Assembly: GCA_036497565.1 (NCBI GenBank)
Contig: DASXJE010000018.1
Location: forward strand, 5,313 to 69,312
Reading direction: 5' to 3'
DNA from: Mycobacteriales bacterium
GTDB lineage: Bacteria > Actinomycetota > Actinomycetes > Mycobacteriales > QHCD01
Length of the DNA: 64,000 bases
Shown here: positions 12,201 through 22,504 of the stretch, one piece after another
Position numbering within the stretch: the first letter of the stretch is position 1
Layout of the letters: each line of letters opens with the position of its first letter
Position numbers and translations under genes: made by a program
The notes under the pieces: model-generated
The model's database searches: none
The model's input: the letters and a program-made list of their open reading frames with translations, nothing else
What the model was told of the DNA's origin: nothing

Positions 12201-13580
12201 ATGCAGGCAGCGGAACGGGCCGAGCGCGCTCTCGAGGCGCGGCGGGCCGCCGTCGTACTGAATCGCCGGGACGTCCGCGCCGTCGCCCTGACCTACGTCG
12301 ACAACGCCGGCATCACCAGGGCCAAGACGGTTCCCCTCGGCCGGTTGGAGCACGCGGCCGGGTGGGGCGTGGGGATGTCACCGGTCTTCGACGTGTTCTG
12401 CGTCGACGACTCGATCACGACCAGCGCCCACATCGGCGGTCCGGACGGTGACCTGCGCCTGATGCCTGTCCTGGACCGGCTCACCCTGCTCGCGGCACAA
12501 TCCGGTTGGGCCTGGGCACCGGTGGACCGGCTCACCCAGGACGGCGAGGTGTATCCCGGCTGCCAGCGGTCCTTCGCCAGCCGCATGGTCGCGCGGGCGG
12601 CGGCGCGCGGCATCGAGGCGAAGATGGCCTTCGAGGTGGAGTGGATCATCGGGGCGGACGGCCCGGACGGCGGATTCGTCCCGGCCGCGCCAGGGCCGGC
12701 GTACGGCATGACCCGGATCATCGAACGCTCCGATTACTGCCGCGACGTGCTGGCCATGCTGGATCGGCAGGGCGTCGCCGTCGAGCAGCTCCACCCGGAG
12801 TATGCCCCGGGTCAGTACGAGGTGTCGGTGGCGGCGAGCGATCCGGTCGGCGCCGCCGACGTCGACGTGCTGGTCCGGCAGACGGTGCGCGCGGTCGGCG
12901 AGCGACACGGTGTGGCGACGTCGTTCGCGCCCTCGGTGGTCGCCGGGGAGGTCGGCAACGGCAGTCATCTGCACCTGAGCCTGTGGCGGGACGGACGCAA
13001 CCTCTTCACCGGCGGGACAGGCGAATCCGGGTGCACCGCGGAGGGCGAGTCGTTTCTCGCCGGCGTGCTCGACCGGCTTCCGGAGTTGGTGGGCGTTTCC
13101 GCGCCGAGCGTCGCCAGCTACGTGCGGATGGCGCCGTCGCGCTGGGCCGGCGTCTACCAGGTCTGGGGCGTGGAGAACCGGGAAGCGGCGCTCCGGATCG
13201 TGCCGGGAACGGTCGGCACCCGTGAGCGGTCGGCCAACGCCGAGATCAAGTGCGTCGACGGCAGCGCAAACCCTTATCTGGTAGTCGGATCCGTTCTCGC
13301 CCTGGGTCTCGCCGACTTGGGTGAGGGCCGGAGTCTTCCGCCTCCGGTCGTCGGTGATCCTGCGGGCCGTGATCCTGCCGAGCTGTCGGCGGCCGGGATC
13401 CGGCGGCTGCCGTCGTCGGCGGCGGAGGCGCTGGATCATCTCGCCGGGTCCGGCATCCTGCGCGAAGCTATGGGCGACCCGCTCTTCGAGGCGTTCCTCG
13501 CCGTACGCCGGGCCGAGATCGACGCCGCGGCCGACCGGAGCCCGGAGGACGTGGTCGCCGCCACGAGGTGGCGTTACTGA
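12201..13580 (+). CDS. glnA3: Glutamine synthetase-like protein, GlnA3 type (gamma-glutamylpolyamine synthetase-like)
   Basis: WGVGMSPVFD, PDGDLRL, QSGWAWAPVDR, HPEYAPGQYE, GNGSHLHLS and NREAALR motifs closely resemble Streptomyces GlnA3 as recalled. GGAGG RBS. Confidence 0.85.
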   Translation: MQAAERAERALEARRAAVVLNRRDVRAVALTYVDNAGITRAKTVPLGRLEHAAGWGVGMSPVFDVFCVDDSITTSAHIGGPDGDLRLMPVLDRLTLLAAQSGWAWAPVDRLTQDGEVYPGCQRSFASRMVARAAARGIEAKMAFEVEWIIGADGPDGGFVPAAPGPAYGMTRIIERSDYCRDVLAMLDRQGVAVEQLHPEYAPGQYEVSVAASDPVGAADVDVLVRQTVRAVGERHGVATSFAPSVVAGEVGNGSHLHLSLWRDGRNLFTGGTGESGCTAEGESFLAGVLDRLPELVGVSAPSVASYVRMAPSRWAGVYQVWGVENREAALRIVPGTVGTRERSANAEIKCVDGSANPYLVVGSVLALGLADLGEGRSLPPPVVGDPAGRDPAELSAAGIRRLPSSAAEALDHLAGSGILREAMGDPLFEAFLAVRRAEIDAAADRSPEDVVAATRWRY

Positions 13581-14716
13581 TGACCGGCCCGGTGCACCGG
13601 CTGCGGGCGCACCTCGACGAGCTGAGGCTCGTCGACCACCACACGCACAGCGTCGTGCGGGCCGACCTCGACCGGACCGGCCTCGAGGCGCTGCTCACCG
13701 AGGCGCACGTCCCGATCCCGGCGGTCTTCGACACCCCGCTCGGGGTCGCGGTACGTCGGTGGTGCGCGCCGGTGCTCGATCTGCCGGCACACGCCGACGC
13801 CGCGGCCTACGTTGAGCGGCGCGCGGAGCTGGGGCGCTCCGAGGTGACCGGGCGGATGCTGCGTGCCAGCGAGCTCGATGCGCTGATCGTCGACATCGGC
13901 TTCCGACCCGACGAACTGCTCGATCCGGCGTCGCTCGGCGGCGCTGCGGGTGCAGCGGTGCACGAGGTGGTGCGGGTCGAAAGCGTGGCGGAGGAGCTGG
14001 CGCGCGCCGGCGTACCCGCCCGGCAGTTCTCCTCGTCCTACCGCGATCTGCTCCGGGACCGGAGCGCGGACGCGGTGGGACTGAAGACGATCGCGGCATA
14101 CCGGACCGGCCTCGACGTACCCGCTCTACGACCGACCGACGACGAGGTGCGCGGTGCGGCCGAACGCTGGCTCTCCACAGTGGAGTCCTCCGGTGTCGCG
14201 CGGCTCGACGACCCGACGCTGATCGGCTTCGCCTGGTGGTGCGCGGTCGACACCGGGCTACCGCTGCAGGTGCACACCGGCTTCGGTGATCCCGACGAGA
14301 CGCTGCGTCGCGCGGATCCGGCCTGCATGCAGGAGTTTCTCGACGCGTCGGCGCCGGTCGGTACGCCGATCGTGCTGCTGCACTGCTATCCCTACCACCG
14401 GCAGGCCGCCTACCTCGCGCATGTGTATCCGCACGTGTACTTCGACGTCGGCCTCACGACCAACTACGTCGGTGCGTCGGCGCGCACCGTGATCGCCGAA
14501 GCGATGGAACTCGCGCCGTACGGCAAGTTCCTCTACTCCTCGGACGCCTTCGGCCTGCCGGAGTTGCACTATCTCGGCGCCGTGCTCTTCCGTCGTTCCC
14601 TCGCCGAGGTCCTCGCAGGCTGGGTCGACGCCGACGACATGACTCTCGACGACGCGCTGCGCTACGCCGACCTGATCGGCGCCGGCACCGCCCGCACGCT
14701 CTACCACCTCCCGTAG
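13580..14716 (+). CDS. Amidohydrolase family protein (FluG N-terminal-like)
   Basis: Metal-binding motifs DHHTH, QVHTGFGD and LLHCYPY, plus YSSDAFG. Coupled to glnA3 by a 1-nt stop/start overlap (TGATG). Confidence 0.85.
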   Translation: MTGPVHRLRAHLDELRLVDHHTHSVVRADLDRTGLEALLTEAHVPIPAVFDTPLGVAVRRWCAPVLDLPAHADAAAYVERRAELGRSEVTGRMLRASELDALIVDIGFRPDELLDPASLGGAAGAAVHEVVRVESVAEELARAGVPARQFSSSYRDLLRDRSADAVGLKTIAAYRTGLDVPALRPTDDEVRGAAERWLSTVESSGVARLDDPTLIGFAWWCAVDTGLPLQVHTGFGDPDETLRRADPACMQEFLDASAPVGTPIVLLHCYPYHRQAAYLAHVYPHVYFDVGLTTNYVGASARTVIAEAMELAPYGKFLYSSDAFGLPELHYLGAVLFRRSLAEVLAGWVDADDMTLDDALRYADLIGAGTARTLYHLP

Positions 14717-14734
14717 CCCAACTACTCTGCTCCA

Positions 14735-14798
14735 CCCCCATGATCAAGAGGGGATTTCGATACGAAACGCCGTACGAATCCCCTCTTGATCATGGGGG
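14735..14798. repeat. Palindromic element family C between convergent genes; possible bidirectional terminator
   Basis: CCCCCATGATCAAGAGGGGATT and AATCCCCTCTTGATCATGGGGG form perfect 22-bp arms. Same geometry as 59910-59973. Confidence 0.8.
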
Positions 14799-14809
14799 AG
14801 GAGGAAGGG

Positions 14810-15751
14810 TCAGCGGCGGCGGGCGAGGTAGGCGCGGGCGGCGGATGGCAGCCCGACGGCGAGACGACGCCGGGCGGGAATGGTGACCCGACCGGTCAGC
14901 ACCTGGTAGTCGGCCCGCTCGATCTCGTCGAGAATCCCGCCGTACAGAAGGAATGCGGCGCGCACACAGTCGCGGCTATCGGCGTGCAGCAGGCGGATGC
15001 CCGGTTCGGCGGCGCGATAGATCTCCCGGGTCCGCGCGATCTCATGGGCGAGCAGCCGCCGCACCGGTCCGTCGACGACACCGCGGACCAGATGTTCGCG
15101 ATCCACGCCGAACAGCGCCATGTCCTCGGCGGGAAGGTAGACCCGGCCGCGCTGCAGGTCTTCGCCGACGTCGCGGAGGAAGTTGGTGAGCTGGAAGGCG
15201 AGGCCGAGATCGGCGGCGTACGGCGCGGCGACCTCGCGGTCGGTCGTCGTCCCCAGCACGGGAAGCACGAGCAGGCCGATCACCGCCGCCGATCCCCACA
15301 TGTAGCCGGCGAGATCGTCATAGGTCCGGTAGCCGGTGACGGTGAGGTCGGTGCGCATCGAGTCGAGGAAGTCGGCGACATGACCGGCCGGCAGGTCGAA
15401 CCGGCGCATCGTGTCCCGTACGGCGCGCACCACCGGCGCGGCGTCCCGGTCGAGCACCCCGCCGGGCCCGGCTGGGCCGATGACCTGATCGTGCAGGCTC
15501 TCCAACCGGGCCGCGGCCGATACGACCTCTGGGTCACCGGCCCGGGTCGGGCCGAGCCGATCGACGAGATCGTCGGCGTAGCGGGCGAAGCCGTAGAGCG
15601 CGTGCACGTAGGGCCGCTTCGCCGGCGGCAGCAGCCGGGTGGCGAGGTAATACGTCCGGCCGTGGGTGGCGTGCAGCCGCCGGCAGGCGGCGTACGCCGA
15701 GCGCAGCGATTCGCCGTGGATCCCGGCTGCGTCGAGCTCATGGCTGGTCAC
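14810..15751 (-). CDS. crtB: Phytoene synthase
   Basis: HGRTYYLAT, YGFARYADDLVD, FQLTNFLRDVGED and GRVYLP motifs. GTGA overlap with the upstream gene. Confidence 0.93.
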   Translation of the reverse strand: MTSHELDAAGIHGESLRSAYAACRRLHATHGRTYYLATRLLPPAKRPYVHALYGFARYADDLVDRLGPTRAGDPEVVSAAARLESLHDQVIGPAGPGGVLDRDAAPVVRAVRDTMRRFDLPAGHVADFLDSMRTDLTVTGYRTYDDLAGYMWGSAAVIGLLVLPVLGTTTDREVAAPYAADLGLAFQLTNFLRDVGEDLQRGRVYLPAEDMALFGVDREHLVRGVVDGPVRRLLAHEIARTREIYRAAEPGIRLLHADSRDCVRAAFLLYGGILDEIERADYQVLTGRVTIPARRRLAVGLPSAARAYLARRR

Positions 15752-17238
15752 GACCGGCTCACCGGCCGGGGCACGATTCCGGCCGCTCGCCCGGCAGCGT
15801 CCGATGTGGACGGCCCGCTCGCCGACCCGAGTACGACGACAGTCGCGATCACGGCGGCGACCGTGGTCGCGATCAGCGCCGCCGGGCGGTCGTACAGCGT
15901 CGCGCCCTGCGGGGTGATCAGCATCGACATCGCCACGCTGACCCCGGCGATGAGTGCAGTGACGCCGGCGGGGAGGCTGAGCGCTGCAGCGACCGCGAAC
16001 GGCCAGACCAGATACCACGGCTGCACGATCGGGCCGAGCAGGACGACGGCGAGCAGCGCCAGGGCGAGCGCGCGGAGCACGCCGATCCGCTGAGCGAACG
16101 CCCACAACCCCAGGCTCACCACGCCCGCCACCACCTGGCCCGCCGTACGGAACGCCGCCACCACGCTCTCCCGGTGATCACCGGCACCGAACAGCCGGCC
16201 GATGAGGTCGGCGAGCAGCCCGAGGCCGCTCGACACCGACACCCAGGTGATCAAGGCGCCGGGCGTCGTCAGCCCATCGAGCCAGCCCACCCCGAGTCCG
16301 CTGAGCAGGGTCACGACCGTGAATACGGTCACCGAGACGACGACGACCCCGCCCAGGGCACGCCACCACCGGTGCGCGCCGTCGAGCCGGGCCGCCCACA
16401 GCGGCACACAGAAGGCCACCACGAGGCCGATCGGAGCCTTGACCGCGACACCGAGCGTCGCGATCGCGACTCCGGCGACGCCGTGGCCCTCCGCGACCAG
16501 TGCGAGGCCGGCGACCGCGAGACCGAGCATCAGCGCGTCGTTGTGACCGCCGGAGACGAAATGCAGCAACAGCAACGGGTTCGCGACGCCGAGCCAGAGG
16601 GCGACCCGCGGGTCGCCACCGCACGATGCGGCGAGCCTGGGCAGGTAGCGCACCAGCAGCAGTACGCCGAGCACCGACAGCAGCCGCATGACCTCGGCGG
16701 TGAGGATGACGTGGTCGCCGGTCACCGCGGCGACGCCCCGGCCCAGCATCAGCCATAGCGGGCCGTACGGCGCCGGTGTGTCGACCCAGATTCGCTGCAC
16801 CTGGTCGAGGTATGGCCCGGAGAGGACGTCCGGTCCGACCCGGTAGGGGTCGAGCCCGGCATGGGTCAGATTGGCCTGCGCGGCGTAGCTCCACACGTCG
16901 CGGCTGAACAGCGGCACGGAGAGCAGCAGTGGTCCGCCCCACCAGGCACAGGTCGCCAACAGCGCGCCGGGTGTCGTCCCCGGGTCCCGCCGGCGTACGG
17001 CGCGACCGAGGTAGAGCCACGCCAGCCCGAGTGTCGCGACGCCCGCGTAGACCAGTGCGAGTGCGATCCGTGGCCCCGCGCCGTGCCGGAGCAGGCCGAG
17101 GATCGGCCAGTGCACCGTGGGATCGGTCACCGGCAATGCACCCGCGCCGTAGGAGCCGACGACCGCGAGCACGACACCGACGAAACCCGCCCAGCGGGCG
17201 CGCAGAGCGAGCGAGCCGGTGTGGCCGGGCTCGGTCAT
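15748..17238 (-). CDS. mptA: GT-C polyprenol-phosphomannose-dependent mannosyltransferase-like membrane protein (MptA/MptB family, carotenoid-locus associated)
   Basis: LFSRDVWSYAAQ, APYGPLW, SGGHNDALM and QPWY motifs; polytopic membrane protein. Confidence 0.8.
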   Translation of the reverse strand: MTEPGHTGSLALRARWAGFVGVVLAVVGSYGAGALPVTDPTVHWPILGLLRHGAGPRIALALVYAGVATLGLAWLYLGRAVRRRDPGTTPGALLATCAWWGGPLLLSVPLFSRDVWSYAAQANLTHAGLDPYRVGPDVLSGPYLDQVQRIWVDTPAPYGPLWLMLGRGVAAVTGDHVILTAEVMRLLSVLGVLLLVRYLPRLAASCGGDPRVALWLGVANPLLLLHFVSGGHNDALMLGLAVAGLALVAEGHGVAGVAIATLGVAVKAPIGLVVAFCVPLWAARLDGAHRWWRALGGVVVVSVTVFTVVTLLSGLGVGWLDGLTTPGALITWVSVSSGLGLLADLIGRLFGAGDHRESVVAAFRTAGQVVAGVVSLGLWAFAQRIGVLRALALALLAVVLLGPIVQPWYLVWPFAVAAALSLPAGVTALIAGVSVAMSMLITPQGATLYDRPAALIATTVAAVIATVVVLGSASGPSTSDAAGRAAGIVPRPVSRS

Positions 17239-18731
17239 GGCCGGGTGGAGCCGGCGCCGACGATCCGTTCGGCGGCGAGCCGTCCGGAGATCATCACCAT
17301 GGGTACGCCGACGCCGGGAGTGGTCCAGCCGCCTGCGAATACGACGTTGTCCAGGCCGGGCACGAGGTTGGCGGACCGGAACGGACCCGTCTGCGCCGGC
17401 GTGTGGGCGGCCGCGAACGGTGTCCCGGCGGTGAGCCCGTCGGCCGCCCAATCGGCCGGGGTCACCAGCCGCTCGACCTCGACGGCGTCGCCGAATCCGG
17501 TGTAGCCGCGGGCGTGCAGCGTGGCGACGAGCTCGTCGCGGTAGCGCGGGCCGACGACCGACCAGTCCAGCCCGGACTCCGCATTGGGCGCCGGAGCGAG
17601 GACGTAGTAGGACTGGCGTCCGTCCGGCGCCATGGCCGGATCGGTGCGGCTGGGGTTGGTGACCAGCAGCGACGGGTCGCTCATCAACCGGTGCTTGCCG
17701 ATCAGTTCGTCGAACGTCGTGCGCCACGACTGTCCGAAGTGGACGTTGTGGTGCGCGGTCTGCGGGTAGTGGGCCGACGACCCGACATTCAGCACCACGC
17801 AGGACGGCGCCGGGCGCAGTCGCTCCACTCGTCCCGGCGTCGGATGGTCGGCGAGCAGATTCCGGTATGCACCAGGCAGATCGCCGGCCAGGACGACCGC
17901 GTCGGCGGTCAGACGCTCACCGTCGGCGGTGTGGACGGCGCGGGCCCGCCCGCCCGCGAGTTCGACCTTCGACGCCGTCGTGCCGTAGCGGAATGTCACG
18001 CCGTGCTTGGCCGCCGCGCCGGCGAGCGCGAGCGGCACCTCGTGCATCCCGCCGCGGGGGAAGCTGACGCCGTTGACGGTGTCGAGATAGGAGATCACGG
18101 CGTAGAGGGCCAGGGCACGGTACGGCGACAGACCGGCGTAGAGGGCCTGGAAGGTGAACATCCGCCGGACCCGCGGGTCGCGGATGAACCGGCGTACCGC
18201 CGGATCGAGCCGGCGCAGGCCGCCGAGCGCGACCAGCTTGGCGAGCGACGGCCGCAGCAGGTCGAGCGCCGAGTCGAGATTGCGGTCGATGAAGTCGCGC
18301 CGTTGCACGCGGTAGAGCGCCGTCAGCCAGCCGACGAGGCGCCGGTATCCGTCGGCGTCGCGGCTCCCGGCCAGCCGCGCGATTTCGGCGGCGGTGGCGT
18401 CGACGTCGGCGAAGATGTCGAGCCGCTCACCGTCGGGGAAGAAGCCGCGATAGACGGGGGAGAGCGGGACGAGATCGAGCCAGTCCTCGAGCGATTCGCC
18501 GACGCAGCCCAACGTGTCGGCCAGCAGGTCGGGCATCGTGAACACGGTCGGCCCGGTGTCGAAGACGTAACCGTCGAGCCGCAGCCGGCCGGCCACGCCG
18601 CCCGGCTGATCGTGCCGCTCGATCACCGTCACCTCGCGGCCGGCGCCGGCCAGCCGCAGCGCCGCCGACAGTCCGGCCAGTCCGGCGCCGACGACGACCA
18701 CGCGATCGGTCGGCCCGCTGACGGTACGCAC
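17235..18731 (-). CDS. crtI: Phytoene desaturase
   Basis: [31 protein letters not shown] and [17 protein letters not shown] motifs. Start 7 nt after TAGGCT. Confidence 0.93.
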   Translation of the reverse strand: MRTVSGPTDRVVVVGAGLAGLSAALRLAGAGREVTVIERHDQPGGVAGRLRLDGYVFDTGPTVFTMPDLLADTLGCVGESLEDWLDLVPLSPVYRGFFPDGERLDIFADVDATAAEIARLAGSRDADGYRRLVGWLTALYRVQRRDFIDRNLDSALDLLRPSLAKLVALGGLRRLDPAVRRFIRDPRVRRMFTFQALYAGLSPYRALALYAVISYLDTVNGVSFPRGGMHEVPLALAGAAAKHGVTFRYGTTASKVELAGGRARAVHTADGERLTADAVVLAGDLPGAYRNLLADHPTPGRVERLRPAPSCVVLNVGSSAHYPQTAHHNVHFGQSWRTTFDELIGKHRLMSDPSLLVTNPSRTDPAMAPDGRQSYYVLAPAPNAESGLDWSVVGPRYRDELVATLHARGYTGFGDAVEVERLVTPADWAADGLTAGTPFAAAHTPAQTGPFRSANLVPGLDNVVFAGGWTTPGVGVPMVMISGRLAAERIVGAGSTRP

Positions 18732-18794
18732 CCGCGAAAGCCTACGGCCGCCGTACCCACGCCCCGACAAGGCACCGGCGCCCGGCCGCCCCCC

Positions 18795-18876
18795 GACCAA
18801 AACGCACTCCGAGTGCGTTTTGGGGGCTCTCACCGGCGTGTCGCGGACCAAAACGCACTCGGAGTGCGTTTTGGTC
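18795..18876. repeat. Palindromic element family D, two copies
   Basis: CCAAAACGCACTC-S-GAGTGCGTTTTGG at 18797-18823, and the extended form GACC...GGTC at 18846-18876. Confidence 0.85.
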
Positions 18877-18946
18877 GCCGCTCCGCCCGGCCACCAAAGG
18901 CACTAGTCGTGCGTTCGGGACGACGCCCGCCCACTACTCTGGGCCT

Positions 18947-19831
18947 ATGAACCGGACCGTCCGCGACCGTCTGGCCACGGGCCGGCCGACGTTCTCCTTC
19001 GAATTCTTCCCGCCAAAGACGCCGGACGGCGAACGCGCCCTGTGGCGGGCGATCCGCCAACTCGAGCCGTTGCACCCGTCGTTCGTGTCCGTCACCTACG
19101 GCGCCGGCGGCACCACCCGCGCCGGCACCGTGCGCATGACCGAGCGGATCGCCACTGACACCACGCTGCTCCCGCTCGCCCACCTCACCGCCGTCAACCA
19201 CTCCATCGCCGAGCTGCGCCAGGTCATCGGGCAGTACGCCGACGCCGGCGTACGCAACGTGCTGGCACTGCGCGGCGATCCGCCGGGGGATCCGCGGGCC
19301 GAATGGGTCAAGACGCCCGAAGGTCTCGAATACGCGGAGGAACTCGTCCGGCTGGTCAAGGCGCACGGTGACTTCTGCGTCGGAGTCGCCGCCCACCCGC
19401 AGGGGCATCCGCGGTCGACCAACCTCGACGTCGACGCCCGCCAGTTCGTCGCCAAGTGCCGGGCCGGCGCCGACTTCGCGATCACCCAGATGTTCTTCTA
19501 CGTCGAGGACTACCTGCGGCTGCGCGACCGGGTCGCCGCGCGCGGCTGCGACATCCCGATCATCCCGGAGATCATGCCGGTCACGAACATTCGGCAGATC
19601 GAGCGGTTCGCGGTCCTGTCCGGAGAGAGTTTTCCCGCCGATCTCGCCACGCGGCTGCAGGCCGTCGCCGACGATCCCGCCGCGGTGCGCGAGATCGGTA
19701 TCGCGGCCGCGAGTGAACTCTGCGACAAGCTGCTCGCGGCGGGCGCGCCGGGGCTGCACTTCCTGACCCTCAACCGGTCCACGTCGACCCGCGAGGTGTG
19801 GGGCAACCTCAACCTCGACGCGCGGGTCTGA
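18947..19831 (+). CDS. metF: 5,10-methylenetetrahydrofolate reductase
   Basis: [31 protein letters not shown] and GLHFLTLNR motifs. Confidence 0.95.
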   Translation: MNRTVRDRLATGRPTFSFEFFPPKTPDGERALWRAIRQLEPLHPSFVSVTYGAGGTTRAGTVRMTERIATDTTLLPLAHLTAVNHSIAELRQVIGQYADAGVRNVLALRGDPPGDPRAEWVKTPEGLEYAEELVRLVKAHGDFCVGVAAHPQGHPRSTNLDVDARQFVAKCRAGADFAITQMFFYVEDYLRLRDRVAARGCDIPIIPEIMPVTNIRQIERFAVLSGESFPADLATRLQAVADDPAAVREIGIAAASELCDKLLAAGAPGLHFLTLNRSTSTREVWGNLNLDARV

Positions 19832-21407
19832 CCCGGCCCGGCCACCACGACCGGCGCGGGTTCCGGTCGGCGAGGACGACGCTGGCCGCAGTGCGCCCGC
19901 TCGCGCCGAAGACGCCGCCTCCCGGATGCGTCGATGCGCCGGTGAGATAGAGATTGCGTACGCCGGGGACGCGGTGCCGGGCGAGCTCGGGTAGCGGTCG
20001 CAGCCCGAACATCGACTCCACCGTCATGTCGACGTGCATCACGTTGGCCCGCGGCAGTGCGAGCTCACGTTCGATCTCCGCCGGCGACTGCACGTGCACG
20101 TGTTCAACGGTGCCTGCGAACCCCGGCGCGGCCCGATCGACCTCGGCGACCAGCCGGTCGGCCTCCGCTCGGGCGATGTCGCTCCAACGGCCACCGTCGG
20201 CCAGGGCGTAGGGGTGCCACTGGCCCCACACCGAGACGTTGTGCCGCCCGGGCGGTGCGATGGTGTCGTCGAACGCGGAAAAGGTCATCGCCAATGCCGC
20301 CGGACGCGCCGGCGGGCGGCCGGCCAGGAAGTCGCCGTAGGCCGCGCGTAGCGCACCACGATCCGGCGCGAGCAACTGCAGCGCGCGGTACGCCGAGTCG
20401 TCCTTCGCCGCCGGGTAGCGCGGCAGGTCGGTCGTGCCGAGGCGGACCACCATGCCGATGCCCGAGCCGAGTTTGATCTGGCCGATCCGGTGCTGCAGCG
20501 CCGCCGGGAGCGCGTCACCGAGCAGGCCGAGTGTCTCGGTCACATGACAGCCGCCGACGACGGCATCCGCGCGCAGCACGTCGCCTGATGCCGTCCGCAC
20601 GCCCCGGACCGCGCCGTCCTGCACGAGGATCGCCGCCGCACCGTCGCCGAGTCGCAGCGATCCGCCATCAGCGGCAAGGCGGGCGGCGAGCGCCTCGCTG
20701 AGTCGGCCGCTGCCGCCTCGCGGGTGTCCGGGAGCGCGCTTGTGCAGGAGCGCCAGCCAACCGACCAGGTCGGCGGTTCCGGTTTCGTGCGTCGGCGGGC
20801 CGGACTGCGATCCCATCCACGCCAACGCCGTCTTCAGCCGCTCATCGGTGAAGTGCGCGTCGAGCAGCGCATCCGCGCTGCCGAGGAACTGCCGCACCAC
20901 CTCGCTGTTCGTGGCGTCGGCACCACGGCCGGCCCGCCACAGTGCGCGGCCGATCCGCGCGGGCGCCGGTTCGCCCGCGAATGCCGCGAACACATGCTCG
21001 TTACGCCGCCCCCAGTCGGTGACGAAACGGTGGTAGGCCTCCGCGTCGGCCGCCCCGCACACCGCGGCGATCGACGCGCAGGTGCGGTCGAGGTCGACCC
21101 AGAAGGTGATCGCGACCTGTTCGCCGGCCGGTGTCCAGAACGGCGCGAAACCCCACGGGTCGAGGTCGTCGTAGACCAGGCCGTACGACGCAAGGTCGAG
21201 CTCTTCCACGATGCCGGTGTGCCGGATCATCACGTGCGCGCTGGAGCCCCGATCGACGCGGTATCCGGGAAAACGCTCCACGGTCGAGACGGCGCCGCCG
21301 ACGACGGTGTCGCGTTCCACCACCTCGACCTCGAGGCCGGCCCGGGCGAGATAGCAGGCGGTGACTAGGCCGTTGTGCCCGGCGCCGATGACGACGACAT
21401 CAGGCAT
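19809..21407 (-). CDS. crtO: Phytoene-dehydrogenase-like FAD oxidoreductase, probable CrtO-type carotene ketolase
   Basis: [40 protein letters not shown] and [15 protein letters not shown] resemble Rhodococcus/Deinococcus CrtO as recalled. Confidence 0.72.
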   Translation of the reverse strand: MPDVVVIGAGHNGLVTACYLARAGLEVEVVERDTVVGGAVSTVERFPGYRVDRGSSAHVMIRHTGIVEELDLASYGLVYDDLDPWGFAPFWTPAGEQVAITFWVDLDRTCASIAAVCGAADAEAYHRFVTDWGRRNEHVFAAFAGEPAPARIGRALWRAGRGADATNSEVVRQFLGSADALLDAHFTDERLKTALAWMGSQSGPPTHETGTADLVGWLALLHKRAPGHPRGGSGRLSEALAARLAADGGSLRLGDGAAAILVQDGAVRGVRTASGDVLRADAVVGGCHVTETLGLLGDALPAALQHRIGQIKLGSGIGMVVRLGTTDLPRYPAAKDDSAYRALQLLAPDRGALRAAYGDFLAGRPPARPAALAMTFSAFDDTIAPPGRHNVSVWGQWHPYALADGGRWSDIARAEADRLVAEVDRAAPGFAGTVEHVHVQSPAEIERELALPRANVMHVDMTVESMFGLRPLPELARHRVPGVRNLYLTGASTHPGGGVFGASGRTAASVVLADRNPRRSWWPGRVRPARRG

Positions 21408-21960
21408 GCGCGGCGAACGGGAGGTCGGCGCCGAGGATCGCGAACGGGCGACGGTCTCCGGGGAAGAAGTGGTCGCGCAGCACGTCGACGAAGCCGAGCG
21501 ACCGGTAGAGCTGCCAGGCCCTGGTGCGGCCCTCCGGCGTGGAGAGCAAGACGCGGCGTTCGGGGATCCCGTCGACCAGACGGGTGAGCAGCTCGCGGCC
21601 GACCCCGTTGCCCTGCCACACCGGGAGGACGTGCAGCTCGCACAGCTCGAAGCAGTCGACGAACCAGCGCGCCGCGATGTCGCGGTCGAGCGCGCCGTTG
21701 ACCTGGTCGTGCCACCACTGCCCGGTCTGGCTGGTGTATCCGTAGCCGAACCCGGCCAGAACGTCGCCGGCGATCGCGGCGGTGCAGCGGAACCCGGACC
21801 GGCTGGTGTGCGCCGCGGTGAAGCCGGCCCGGGACCGCCCGGTCTCGGCGGGGTAGCCCATCGCGGTCGTGTAGACGGCCATCGCTTCGTCGAGCCGCCG
21901 ACGCAGGTCCGCCGCACCCCACCGGACGATCGTGACCGGCTCCTGTTCCGACGACTCCAT
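21400..21960 (-). CDS. GNAT N-acetyltransferase (Rv2170-like)
   Basis: GFGYGY, WWHDQV, ELHVLPVWQGNGVGRELL, LLSTPE and LYRSLGF motifs. Confidence 0.85.
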   Translation of the reverse strand: MESSEQEPVTIVRWGAADLRRRLDEAMAVYTTAMGYPAETGRSRAGFTAAHTSRSGFRCTAAIAGDVLAGFGYGYTSQTGQWWHDQVNGALDRDIAARWFVDCFELCELHVLPVWQGNGVGRELLTRLVDGIPERRVLLSTPEGRTRAWQLYRSLGFVDVLRDHFFPGDRRPFAILGADLPFAAHA

Positions 21961-21963
21961 CGG

Positions 21964-22461
21964 TCAGTCGCCGACTTCGGCCGGTGTGCCGCCGGTGATG
22001 CGGACCAGCTCGTCATAGCTCGTGGGGAACACCGTGTGCGGCGTACCGGCGGCCGCCCACACGGTCGGATACTGCTGCAACGCCGTGTCGATGAGGGTGC
22101 GGACCGGCGCCGGGTGCCCCACCGGGGCCACGCCGCCGATGGCCTGGCCGGTGGCGGCGCGCACGAAATCGGGTGTGGCGCGCCGGATCCGGGCCACCTC
22201 GAGGAGGCGGGCGACCCGGTCGGTGTCGACCCGGTGGGCGCCGCTGGTCAGGACCAGCAAGGGCGCGCCGTCGGCGTCGAAGACCAGACTGTTGGCGATG
22301 GCACCTACCTCGATGCCGAGTTGCGCGGCGGCCGACGCCGCTGTCGTGGCCTGATCCGGCAGGGTGCGGAAGTTGGTGTCGGCGCCTGCGGCGGCGAGCG
22401 CCTCAACGACCCGTCGGGTGTTGGCATGCACCGGACGCGGGGACACCGGGTTGTTCGCCAT
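21964..22461 (-). CDS. YbaK/EbsC family aminoacyl-tRNA deacylase
   Basis: IANSLVF, SGAHRVD and ATGQAIGGVAPVGH motifs. Alternative start at 22470. Confidence 0.88.
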   Translation of the reverse strand: MANNPVSPRPVHANTRRVVEALAAAGADTNFRTLPDQATTAASAAAQLGIEVGAIANSLVFDADGAPLLVLTSGAHRVDTDRVARLLEVARIRRATPDFVRAATGQAIGGVAPVGHPAPVRTLIDTALQQYPTVWAAAGTPHTVFPTSYDELVRITGGTPAEVGD

Positions 22462-22504
22462 GTGTCCCATCCTGTCGCGCCCGTCTCCGCCGTGCGGCGG
22501 CAGG

